A stretch of DNA of 64,000 bases from NCBI GenBank assembly GCA_051866735.1, contig JBJDXP010000014.1, positions 9,374-73,373 of the forward strand, given 5' to 3'. The notes under the pieces are model-generated. The model was given only the letters and a program-made list of their open reading frames with translations. It made no database searches and was not told the origin of the DNA. Below, piece after piece: positions 27,367-36,190 of this stretch (position 1 is its first letter; the number at the start of each line of letters is the position of its first letter). The stretch comes from Candidatus Limivicinus sp. (GTDB lineage: Bacteria; Bacillota; Clostridia; Oscillospirales; Oscillospiraceae). Made by a program: the position numbers and the translations under genes.

Positions 27367-28197
27367 ATGGATGAGATACAAATTAAACTGTGGAAAAACG
27401 AGCAGGAAATTCTTGATGTTGTGCATGAAGTATGCGTTTCAAACAGATTGAAATACTCTCTTGCTTATGGAACGTTGTTGGGCGCTGTCCGACATGGTGG
27501 TTTTATCCCCTGGGATGATGACATAGATATCCTGATGCCAAGGGAAGATTATACAAAACTGCTTGAAATATGGAGTGAAATAGCCCCTGAAGATTATATC
27601 CTTCAAGAGCCGTATTCTTCATCGGATATAACGAACAATTTTGTGAAGATCCGCAAAAATCACACGACCTTTATACAGACAGAAGCTGAGAAGAAATGTA
27701 AATATCACAAGGGTATTTTTATTGATATATTTCCCCTTGATCGTTTGGCAGAAGGAAGACTAAGCAGGGCAAAACAGAATCTGTTTTGTCTGCTGGCCAT
27801 GCTTTATAATCGTGGCCATACGAGCGGTTCCGGCGGTATAATGGAGTTGTGTGAACGTTTTTTGCTGGCTATAATCCCCAAAAGCAAGTATCGCTGTGTT
27901 GAAAAATGGGCAGAGAAAAAAGCGACAAAATGGAATGGAAACAGCAGTCTTGAATGGTTTGGCTTTCAAACTGTTTCTGATATGAGACATCACTATTCCC
28001 CGGATATTTTTGAGAATTTAATAGAGCTTGAGTTTGAGCAGAAAAAATATTGTGTTTTTAGAAATTATGATCAAGTTTTGCATGATGAATTTGGCGACTA
28101 TATGCAGCTGCCGCCTGAGGAAGATCGGGTTTGGAAACATCATCCGATCATGATTGACTTTGAACATAACTATGAGGAGCTGACCGATCAGCAATGA
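27367..28197 (+). CDS. LicD-family phospho-alcohol transferase (copy 2)
   Basis: ILDVVHEVCVSNRLKYSLAYGTLLGAVRHGGFIPWDDDIDILMP. This is a paralogue of the ORF at 25811-26635. Confidence 0.9.
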   Translation: MDEIQIKLWKNEQEILDVVHEVCVSNRLKYSLAYGTLLGAVRHGGFIPWDDDIDILMPREDYTKLLEIWSEIAPEDYILQEPYSSSDITNNFVKIRKNHTTFIQTEAEKKCKYHKGIFIDIFPLDRLAEGRLSRAKQNLFCLLAMLYNRGHTSGSGGIMELCERFLLAIIPKSKYRCVEKWAEKKATKWNGNSSLEWFGFQTVSDMRHHYSPDIFENLIELEFEQKKYCVFRNYDQVLHDEFGDYMQLPPEEDRVWKHHPIMIDFEHNYEELTDQQ

Positions 28198-28994
28198 GCA
28201 AAAAAATCTCGGTTTTAATGGGGATTTACAACTGCTCCAGTACAATGGAGCAGGCAGTTGCATCTGTCCAAAATCAGACGTATACCAACTGGGAACTGAT
28301 TCTCTGTGACGATGGATCTTCCGACAATACATACGAGGTTGCACAGGCCCTCGCGGCGAAAGATAGCCGTATCGTGTTGCTGCGTAATGTAAAGAATCTG
28401 GGCTTGAATCAGACATTGAACAACTGTTTGTCCATTGCCACTGGCGATTATATTGCTCGGATGGACGGCGACGATGACTGTGTGCCGGAGCGATTCGAAA
28501 GGCAGCTTGACCTTCTGGAGAGCCATCCGGAATTTCAAATTACCAGTTGCCCGATGAAACTTTTTGACGAGACCGGTGAATGGGGACAGACAACGGTTCC
28601 GGAATATCCGTCCCCCGAGGATGTTGTGGGCGGCACACCGATCAGCCATGCGGCGGTAATGCTTCGTAAAGAATGTATTGATGCCGTAGGCGGATATACC
28701 GTGGACAAGCGAATGCTCCGTGTAGAGGATGTAAACCTCTGGATCAAGTTATATGCCGCTGGGTATCGCTGTCATAACATTCAGGAGCCGCTGTACCGCA
28801 TGCGCAATGACCAGAATGCTCTGAATCGACGCAAATACATTTACCGTGTCAACTCTGTCTATGTCCGTCTACAGGGATGCAAGATGCTTCATTTGGGGTT
28901 CAGGAGCTATCTAAGTTCCATTCAGCCCATGATTAATGGACTAGTACCGGCAAAAGTGAGACAGTTTATCCGGAAAAAACAGCGTCATATGTAA
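28194..28994 (+). CDS. GT2-family glycosyltransferase
   Basis: ISVLMGIYNC...WELILCDDGSSDNT...YIARMDGDD has the GT-A fold DXD/DD motifs. The start overlaps the upstream stop as ATGA. Confidence 0.9.
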   Translation: MSKKISVLMGIYNCSSTMEQAVASVQNQTYTNWELILCDDGSSDNTYEVAQALAAKDSRIVLLRNVKNLGLNQTLNNCLSIATGDYIARMDGDDDCVPERFERQLDLLESHPEFQITSCPMKLFDETGEWGQTTVPEYPSPEDVVGGTPISHAAVMLRKECIDAVGGYTVDKRMLRVEDVNLWIKLYAAGYRCHNIQEPLYRMRNDQNALNRRKYIYRVNSVYVRLQGCKMLHLGFRSYLSSIQPMINGLVPAKVRQFIRKKQRHM

Positions 28995-29018
28995 TGTGCT
29001 ACTCATTTGGAGGGATGT

Positions 29019-29729
29019 ATGATGATTCCCAAGAAGATTCATTACTGCTGGTTTGGCAGAGGGGAAAAGCCAAAGTTAGCTCAAAAGTGTATCGCCAGTT
29101 GGAAAAAGTATTGTCCTGACTATGAAATAATTGAATGGAATGAGGATAACTTCGATCTGGACTATAACGCTTATACCCGTTATTGCTACGACAATAAAAA
29201 GTGGGCATTTCTAAGCGATTTTGTCCGCCTGGTGGTCGTGGCAGAGTATGGTGGTCTTTACTTTGACACCGATGTGGAGCTGCTAAAAAGCCCGGATGAG
29301 TTGCTCCAATATGGGGCGTTCTATGGTTTTGAAAACAATAGCAACATTGCAACGGGACTCGGGTTTGGTGCTCAAGCAAACCATCCCACGATTCTGGCGA
29401 TGAGAGGGAAATATGAGGAAGTAGAACCTGATGTTGATGGCAACTACCCACTGATTGTCTGTCCGGCGTTAAATACTGCTGCGCTGATCCCCTTTGGCTT
29501 GAGACTGGATGGCTCCCGGCAAAATATTGCCGGTGCCGAGATTCTGCCTGTAGAGTATCTCAATCCTTATGATGATCCTACCGGCAGCCTGACAAAGACA
29601 AAAAATACGATTTCCGTCCACTGGTACTCCAAAAGTTGGATGAGCAAGGGGAAGATCCTGCGGAGCAAGCTGACGAAGCCGCTCCACCGGGTGTTCGGCG
29701 TAGATGCGTTTAAGAGGTTCCGCAAATGA
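29019..29729 (+). CDS. GT32-type glycosyltransferase (DXD sugar-binding / capsular synthesis family), copy 1
   Basis: IPKKIHYCWFGRGEKP...SWKKYCPDYEIIEWNE...KKWAFLSDFVRL...GGLYFDTDVEL. The start was moved to the ATG at 29019, after GGAGGGA. Confidence 0.85.
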   Translation: MMIPKKIHYCWFGRGEKPKLAQKCIASWKKYCPDYEIIEWNEDNFDLDYNAYTRYCYDNKKWAFLSDFVRLVVVAEYGGLYFDTDVELLKSPDELLQYGAFYGFENNSNIATGLGFGAQANHPTILAMRGKYEEVEPDVDGNYPLIVCPALNTAALIPFGLRLDGSRQNIAGAEILPVEYLNPYDDPTGSLTKTKNTISVHWYSKSWMSKGKILRSKLTKPLHRVFGVDAFKRFRK

Positions 29730-30922
29730 AAAAGAAGCTGTTGATTGTATCCCATGCGCTGGAGTTAGGTGGAGCGGAGCGGAGTCTGATTGGGCTGCTA
29801 GATGCGCTTGATCCGGAACGTTGGGATATTGACTTGTTCTTATTTCGGCACCAGGGGGAATTGATTGCCGATATTCCTGAGTATGTTAACTTGCTCCCTG
29901 AAGTGCCTGCTTATACTGTTTTAGCCCGCCCCATGAAGGACACACTGCGGGAAGGCCATGTTTTGCTGACCGCTGCAAGATTGACCGGTCGAATCGCGGC
30001 GGGGAGATATGCAAAGAAACATGGGCATACCGAAAGCGGGGTCGGACTGGAATATAGCCATAAGTTCACATGCCCGCTGATGCCAGCAATTCAGCCAAAC
30101 AAGGAATACGATCTGGCCGTCAGCTTTTTAACGCCCCATTATTTTGTGGCGAAAAAGGTACGGGCAAAAAAGAAAGTTGCCTGGATTCATACGGACTATT
30201 CCCGCGTGCAGGTGAACATTCCGTCAGAAACGGCCATGTGGAGCGCCTATGATCATATCGCGTCGATCTCGGACGCGGTGACGGAGAGCTTTCTGAAGAC
30301 ATTCCCCGGCCTGAAACATAAGGTCGTCCTGATTGAAAATATTCTTCCCAGCACCTACGTAAAAAAGCAGGCGAAAGCCTTCCCTGTTGAGTTAGAGATG
30401 CCCGCAGACGGTATTCGTCTCTTGTCCATCGGGCGGTTTTGCTATCAGAAAAACTTTGACAACATTCCGGACATCTGTGCACGGCTGGTTTCCGCTGGTC
30501 TGAATGTGAAATGGTATCTCATCGGTTTTGGCGGCGATGAAGAACTGATCCGGCAAAAGATCATCGAAGCGGACATGGTAGAACATGTGGTTCTGCTCGG
30601 CAAAAAAGAAAACCCCTATCCCTATATCCGGGCCTGTGACCTGTATGTCCAGCCCAGCCGGTATGAGGGGAAGGCGGTCACGGTCCGGGAGGCCCAGATG
30701 CTGGGCAAGCCTGTGGTCATCACCCGCTACGCCACCTCCAGGGACCAGCTGGAAGACGGTGTGGACGGCGTCATCGTCCCCATGGACAACGAAGGCTGCG
30801 CCGCCGGGATCGCGGACCTGCTCCGAGCCCCGGTGCGGATGGAGCGCCTTTCGCAGACTTGCAAAAGCAGAGATTATTCCAACCGGCAAGAGGTTGAAAA
30901 ACTGTACCAGATGATGGGGTGA
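29726..30922 (+). CDS. GT4-family (GT-B) glycosyltransferase
   Basis: KKLLIVSHALELGGAERSL at the N-terminus, with C-terminal YVQPSRYEGKAVTVREAQMLGKPVVIT (EX7E region). Confidence 0.9.
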   Translation: MKKKLLIVSHALELGGAERSLIGLLDALDPERWDIDLFLFRHQGELIADIPEYVNLLPEVPAYTVLARPMKDTLREGHVLLTAARLTGRIAAGRYAKKHGHTESGVGLEYSHKFTCPLMPAIQPNKEYDLAVSFLTPHYFVAKKVRAKKKVAWIHTDYSRVQVNIPSETAMWSAYDHIASISDAVTESFLKTFPGLKHKVVLIENILPSTYVKKQAKAFPVELEMPADGIRLLSIGRFCYQKNFDNIPDICARLVSAGLNVKWYLIGFGGDEELIRQKIIEADMVEHVVLLGKKENPYPYIRACDLYVQPSRYEGKAVTVREAQMLGKPVVITRYATSRDQLEDGVDGVIVPMDNEGCAAGIADLLRAPVRMERLSQTCKSRDYSNRQEVEKLYQMMG

Positions 30923-30926
30923 TAGA

Positions 30927-32168
30927 GTGCATGTACTTTATGTAGTTGGTTCTAACTTGACAAAGAATACTTCCGCAAACATGAGCCACAATGCATACGT
31001 TCAAGGACTGCTGGAAAACGGCTGCGACGTGGATATTTTAATGGCTGAGGACAGTTGGGGCCAGAAAGATAGCCGACTTCCTGTCTGGAACCAGGCTCGG
31101 TACTATTGCTACCCATCCACCGCCATGCAGGATAAAATTCGTATTTGGGTGCGGGGAATGATGCCTGTCCAAGCAGAAGAAAAACGCACAAACGCGGATG
31201 CGCCAAACATGTCCGTGCTAAATATGTCGACGGATTCAGCAAGTCGCGAGAGTGCAAAGGCCAGGCTTCGCGCTAAAATGAAGCATTTGTATTATCAATG
31301 CTTTCCGAATGATCCGCTCTACCCGACCACTCAGGTTTGGCTCCAAAAGGCGTCCCGATTTCAAAACGCTTCCGAATACGATTTGGTCGTGTCAAATTCA
31401 TCTCCTGCGGCCAGTCACAAACTGGTGCAGCTCCTGTTGCAGGCAGGAAGGATTTCCTGCAGACGCTGGGTTCAAATTTGGGAAGATCCCTGGTATGCAG
31501 ATCTCTATGGCGGCCGTGATGAAGCTGTGTTTCAAGAAGAACATGCGCTGCTGTGCGCAGCGACAGAGGTCTATTATGTCAGTCCTTTGACTTTGGAGTA
31601 CCAAAAAGAACTCTTCCCGGACTGTAAGGAAAAGATGAAACACATTCCGCTTCCTTATTTGGAATATTCTGAAGAAAAAAGTACAGCTCAAATGAGTTTT
31701 GGCTATTTCGGAGACTACTATTCCCATACCAGAAATCTGCTTCCGTTTTATCAAGCCTTAAGGGAGTCTGGTTGTACTGGAAATATTTATGGCGATTCGG
31801 ATCTGAAATTGGAGTCTTCTGATCGAATCACTGTCAGTGGCCGAGTGACGCTAGACGTTTTGTCTGAAGTCCAGGCAAAAACAGGCGTCCTGGTGCATTT
31901 GTGTAATTTACGAGGCGGTCAAATTCCCGGGAAGATATATCATTATTCTGCAACCAATAAGCCGATTTTATTTATTCTTGATGGAACAGCATATGAACAG
32001 CAGAAGTTGGGAGCGTATTTTGGACAATTCAATCGCTTTTACTTTGTCAAAAATCAGAAAGACCAAATTTATAAAGCAATCCTCGACCTTTCACAAAATC
32101 CTGAAAGATACACCGGTTCTAAAGTAGAGGCATTTTCGCCTAAAAATGTTGTGGCAAATTTTTTGTAA
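30927..32168 (+). CDS. Unassigned 413-aa protein, possibly a divergent GT-B-fold enzyme
   Basis: GTG start 5 nt after the upstream stop. It has the N-terminal Rossmann-like strand HVLYVVGSN and a C-terminal GKIYHYSATNKPILFILDG, but no EX7E and no family I can name. Confidence 0.45.
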   Translation: MHVLYVVGSNLTKNTSANMSHNAYVQGLLENGCDVDILMAEDSWGQKDSRLPVWNQARYYCYPSTAMQDKIRIWVRGMMPVQAEEKRTNADAPNMSVLNMSTDSASRESAKARLRAKMKHLYYQCFPNDPLYPTTQVWLQKASRFQNASEYDLVVSNSSPAASHKLVQLLLQAGRISCRRWVQIWEDPWYADLYGGRDEAVFQEEHALLCAATEVYYVSPLTLEYQKELFPDCKEKMKHIPLPYLEYSEEKSTAQMSFGYFGDYYSHTRNLLPFYQALRESGCTGNIYGDSDLKLESSDRITVSGRVTLDVLSEVQAKTGVLVHLCNLRGGQIPGKIYHYSATNKPILFILDGTAYEQQKLGAYFGQFNRFYFVKNQKDQIYKAILDLSQNPERYTGSKVEAFSPKNVVANFL

Positions 32169-32182
32169 ATGGCCACACAACT

Positions 32183-33109
32183 ATGTCAGTGGGTGATTTA
32201 TCTGTGTGCACGCTTACAGTGTTTACCGCAACGTATAATCGAGGTCACTTAATTGAGCGCCTTTACCGCTCTTTACAGCGGCAGAACTGTTTCGATTTTG
32301 AGTGGCTGGTGGTTGATGATGGTTCTCAGGACAAGACGTCAGAATTATTCTCCACATGGTTGGCAGAAGAAAATCCTTTTCCAATTCGATATTACCGTCA
32401 AGAGAACAAGGGCCTGATCGGCGCACTCAATCGCGGCATAGAATTGGCAGCTGGACAATATTTTGCCAAAATCGATTCCGATGATTACGTAGTGGATGAT
32501 TATATGGAGAACATCATAAACTGGCTTGATGGCATCCGGGATGCAAAAGATATGTACGCAGTTTCTGGCGTAAAAGTGAAACCAGATGGCACACCGATCA
32601 AAGGCTGTTGGCCCCAGATTCCGGATGTTCCCGGTTATGTGGATGCGACAGATTTAGAGCGTTCGAAATACGATCTGGATGCTGATATGAGCGAGGCGTG
32701 GAGAACAGACATGCTGCGCGAATATGGGTTTCCTGTCTGGCCGGGAGAGAAATTTGCGCCTGAACAGCTTACCCTTTTTAAAATTGCGCAGGATGGCTGG
32801 AAAATTCGCTGGTATCCCAAAGCGATTTGTATCTGTGAGTATCAGGAAAACGGGTTAACGCTTGGAGCAAGCAAGCTGGAAAAGCAGAATCCTATGGGAT
32901 ATGCCATGATGTACAATCAATATATTCTTCTTCAAAAGCGCTTTTCGCAGAAACTCAGAAATGCGATGCAGATGACGGCTTTGGCCTCTTATGCTGGACA
33001 TCTGGAATACTTGCGTGAAAGCAACTCCAAGTTGGCGACGATGCTCTCGTTCCCTGCGGGCATATTGCTCGGGCTCAGAAGAAAACATCAGTATTCAAAA
33101 ATCAAATGA
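32183..33109 (+). CDS. GT2-family glycosyltransferase
   Basis: LTVFTATYNRGHLIERLYRSLQRQ...EWLVVDDGSQDKT...YFAKIDSDD. Confidence 0.85.
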   Translation: MSVGDLSVCTLTVFTATYNRGHLIERLYRSLQRQNCFDFEWLVVDDGSQDKTSELFSTWLAEENPFPIRYYRQENKGLIGALNRGIELAAGQYFAKIDSDDYVVDDYMENIINWLDGIRDAKDMYAVSGVKVKPDGTPIKGCWPQIPDVPGYVDATDLERSKYDLDADMSEAWRTDMLREYGFPVWPGEKFAPEQLTLFKIAQDGWKIRWYPKAICICEYQENGLTLGASKLEKQNPMGYAMMYNQYILLQKRFSQKLRNAMQMTALASYAGHLEYLRESNSKLATMLSFPAGILLGLRRKHQYSKIK

Positions 33110-33130
33110 GTAAATGTTGGTGATGTTGGT

Positions 33131-34285
33131 TTGAAACTCCTGTTTATCAACGGACATCTAAATACAGGCGGTGTTGAAAAATCTCTGCTGGACATTTTGC
33201 AGCACCTGGATTATAGCCACTATGAAGTGGACCTACTGTTACTGGAGGCTCTGGGAGACTATGCGTCTCTTTTGCCTCCACAGGTACATGTGAAGCTGCG
33301 ATGCCTGAAAAACACCTATGGCTCACTGGCAAATTGTCTTATTCGTTGCATTCGCCAACGGGATTGGTTTTGTTTTCGGATGCGCCTGATTTTTGTGCTG
33401 ATGAAGCTGTTTGGACAGGATAAAATTTCACTTGCCAAACATATGCTCACGGGTGATAAGCACTATGACTGCGTCATTGGATATCGCAGAGGAATCTGCA
33501 CTCAAATCGCGTCATTTGCGGTAGATGCAGACCGTCGCCTTTCGTGGTGGCATCACGGAACAGTCAATGTAGAAGCGGAACCATATCTGCACGAGACATC
33601 CAATTGTCATAAAATCGCTGTGGTTTCAGATAACACCAGGCAGATGCTTGTAGACGCGATCCCGCAGCTTGCTCCAAAACTCGTCACGATTCCCAACATG
33701 CTCGATGTGGATAAAGTGAAGGTACAAGCAGATGCTTACAGCCCATATAAAAAGGAGCATGTATTTCATATTGTATCGATTGGCGGCTGCGTTCCGGAAA
33801 AGCACTTTCAGAATGCAATATTCGCGGCAAAACAGCTAAAAGCTGCAGGCACATCTTTTCAGTGGCATCTGGTTGGAGATGGAGTTTTGCATGACCAGTT
33901 GGTTCGGTATGCAGAAGACAGCTGTGTCGCAGATTGCTTTATCTTTGAAGGGAACCAGCCCAATCCCTATCCATATTTAAAAAATGCAGACTTATTTGTA
34001 CATCCTTCCTATGTCGAGTCTCAAGGTATCGTTGTGCTGGAAGCCATGGCTCTGGGGCTTCCTTGTGTGGTAACAAAGTCTCTTGGCCCGTGCGAGTTCA
34101 TTGAGGACGGGGTCAACGGTATTCTGACGGAGCAAAGCCCGGAGTCTCTGGCTGAGAAAGTCATGGAGATACTGACAGATCAGAAGCTGTATGAACAAAT
34201 CAAGATGAATACTCATTGCCCGGAACAGTTTGCGCCTGAGTGCGTAATGCGGGAAATTGAAGATTTGTTGGATGAAAAGCAATGA
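33131..34285 (+). CDS. GT4-family (GT-B) glycosyltransferase
   Basis: TTG start. KLLFINGHLNTGGVEKSL at the N-terminus, with FVHPSYVESQGIVVLEAMALGLPCVVT in the C-terminal part. Confidence 0.9.
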   Translation: MKLLFINGHLNTGGVEKSLLDILQHLDYSHYEVDLLLLEALGDYASLLPPQVHVKLRCLKNTYGSLANCLIRCIRQRDWFCFRMRLIFVLMKLFGQDKISLAKHMLTGDKHYDCVIGYRRGICTQIASFAVDADRRLSWWHHGTVNVEAEPYLHETSNCHKIAVVSDNTRQMLVDAIPQLAPKLVTIPNMLDVDKVKVQADAYSPYKKEHVFHIVSIGGCVPEKHFQNAIFAAKQLKAAGTSFQWHLVGDGVLHDQLVRYAEDSCVADCFIFEGNQPNPYPYLKNADLFVHPSYVESQGIVVLEAMALGLPCVVTKSLGPCEFIEDGVNGILTEQSPESLAEKVMEILTDQKLYEQIKMNTHCPEQFAPECVMREIEDLLDEKQ

Positions 34286-34348
34286 CTGTCTGATTGAATT
34301 CATGTGGCGAAAATATCTCTTAGCCCAACTTTGGGGGAGGCAAATAAA

Positions 34349-35380
34349 ATGACGAAACCGAATCGTACTTCCAACTTGGAATTACTTAGAATCGTTGCAA
34401 TGCTCATGATCATTGGTCTTCAAAAAAACGGGATGGCCAATGCATTGGCTACCCTTGCGCCTAATACGGCGAATTATTTCATAGCTAACTTCGTTGAATC
34501 GATATGTATTTGTTCTGTCAATTGCTTCGTGCTGGTTTCCGGCTATTTCATGATTGAGAAAAACGAAGCGCCTGTACAAAAATGTGTTCATCTGCTGATC
34601 GATGTTGCGTTTTGGGGCTTGGTCGGGTGCGGATGCGCCTTTGTATTTTGGGGCGAAGCGGTGGGTATTAAGGACATTATTATCGCGGTCATTCCGTATA
34701 TTAAGGGGCAACGTTGGTTTGTTCGTGACTATATAATCCTAATGCTTTTGGCGCCGTTCCTTAATCGGGGTCTGATTCAACTCAGTAAGCGAAATTATCA
34801 GATTTTATTGGTAGTTTTACTGCTTGTATTTTCGATTTGGCCATCTTTTTTCCCCAATCCCCCAATTGATGACTATGGCTTCAGCTGTGTCCATTTTATT
34901 CAAATCTATGCGATAGCGGGGTATTTGAAACGGTTTGGAGCAAAGTCTTTTCAGCCGACCGCATACTTGTGTGGATACTTGATATCTGTTACCCTTATTT
35001 TGGCCTCTGCCCTTCTCGGTTCAGGGTATGCCTACGCATATAACTATTTGTTTGTGATCACGGCCTCTGTCAGCTTGTTCTTGTTTTTCAGAAGTTTGCC
35101 CATTCAATCTTCCGTTATAAATAAATTAGCGAGCGGAGCCTTTGACGTGTTTGTCATCCATACTACCAGCTTCTTTGCTAACCTGATTTATGTACGACTG
35201 TTCCATGTAGATTCAATTCTATTCGGGGCAAGTGTTCCCTTCTTCGTGAGCTTCTTGCTTTGCCCGCCTGTCTTCTACCTGTTCTCCTCGGCCCTGGCTG
35301 CCGGAAAACGTTGGATTTTCAGTAGGAGCATTGACAAATGGCTGGATAAGCTTCCGATAAAGTGCTACTGTATTGACTAA
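34349..35380 (+). CDS. Acyltransferase-3-family membrane O-acyltransferase
   Basis: RTSNLELLRIVAMLMII is an acyltransferase-3 N-terminal signature, and there are about 10 TM segments. The start was moved to the ATG at 34349, after GGGGGAGG. Confidence 0.75.
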   Translation: MTKPNRTSNLELLRIVAMLMIIGLQKNGMANALATLAPNTANYFIANFVESICICSVNCFVLVSGYFMIEKNEAPVQKCVHLLIDVAFWGLVGCGCAFVFWGEAVGIKDIIIAVIPYIKGQRWFVRDYIILMLLAPFLNRGLIQLSKRNYQILLVVLLLVFSIWPSFFPNPPIDDYGFSCVHFIQIYAIAGYLKRFGAKSFQPTAYLCGYLISVTLILASALLGSGYAYAYNYLFVITASVSLFLFFRSLPIQSSVINKLASGAFDVFVIHTTSFFANLIYVRLFHVDSILFGASVPFFVSFLLCPPVFYLFSSALAAGKRWIFSRSIDKWLDKLPIKCYCID

Positions 35381-36176
35381 ATTTGAAATAAATGAGGTGA
35401 TCGAGTTGCAACTCATGAACGCCTTGTGTGCCCGATGGAAGAATCACCAACTCGCACATTTTGAAGCTACCCGTTGGGGAAAGAATCTCAAAAAGCTTCA
35501 GGGGAAATACTGCGGAAAACGCTGCTTTATCATCGGCAACGGGCCCAGCTTGACGGCGAAGGATTTGGACAGATTAAGGGATGAATACACCTTCGCGTTC
35601 AACCGCATCTACTATATCTTCGATCAAACAGCCTGGCGGCCAACCTTTTACTGTACGCAGGATGCCAAAATTGCCCAAGCGTCGGCTAAAGAGATCAAAG
35701 AAATAATCGACACGCCTTATCTTTTCGCCCCCATCAATCTGAAGTGGTATGAAGATGTAGATATTGATTCTGACTTTTTCTTTTCTCCGAAGCAAGCAGG
35801 AAATCACGTCCCGGAATTCAGCGAAAATATTCCCCGCTATGTTGGTGTCGGAAATACCGTGGCATATACCGCCATGCAGCTGGCTGTATACATGGGCTTT
35901 TCAGAGATCTATCTTCTTGGCGTGGACCACAGCTTTCAGACCTATCAGGATAAAGACGGCAATATAATCGTTGATCCCAATGCCAAGGATTACTTCTGCG
36001 ATCAGTATAACCAGGACAAGGACAAATTGTTTGTGCCTAAACTGGATTTATCCACATTGTCCTATATTGCGGCGCAAAAATTTACCGAGAATCACCCAGT
36101 CGCAATTTATAATGCTACCCGGGGCGGCAAACTGGAAGTTTTCCCCCGCGTTGATTTTGATTCTTTGTTTCCCTAA
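35373..36176 (+). CDS. Sialyltransferase-like protein (GT42 / DUF115-MAF type); candidate CMP-ulosonic-acid transferase
   Basis: GKRCFIIGNGPSLTAKDLDRL and GNTVAYTAMQLAVYMGFSEIYLLGVDHSF are collinear with the GNGPSL and ...GYKEIYLSGIDFY motifs of Campylobacter CstII and Maf proteins. The true start may be the TTG at 35406 or the ATG at 35415, after GAGGTGA. Confidence 0.65.
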   Translation: MTKFEINEVIELQLMNALCARWKNHQLAHFEATRWGKNLKKLQGKYCGKRCFIIGNGPSLTAKDLDRLRDEYTFAFNRIYYIFDQTAWRPTFYCTQDAKIAQASAKEIKEIIDTPYLFAPINLKWYEDVDIDSDFFFSPKQAGNHVPEFSENIPRYVGVGNTVAYTAMQLAVYMGFSEIYLLGVDHSFQTYQDKDGNIIVDPNAKDYFCDQYNQDKDKLFVPKLDLSTLSYIAAQKFTENHPVAIYNATRGGKLEVFPRVDFDSLFP

Positions 36177-36190
36177 AAGGATTTTTAACC

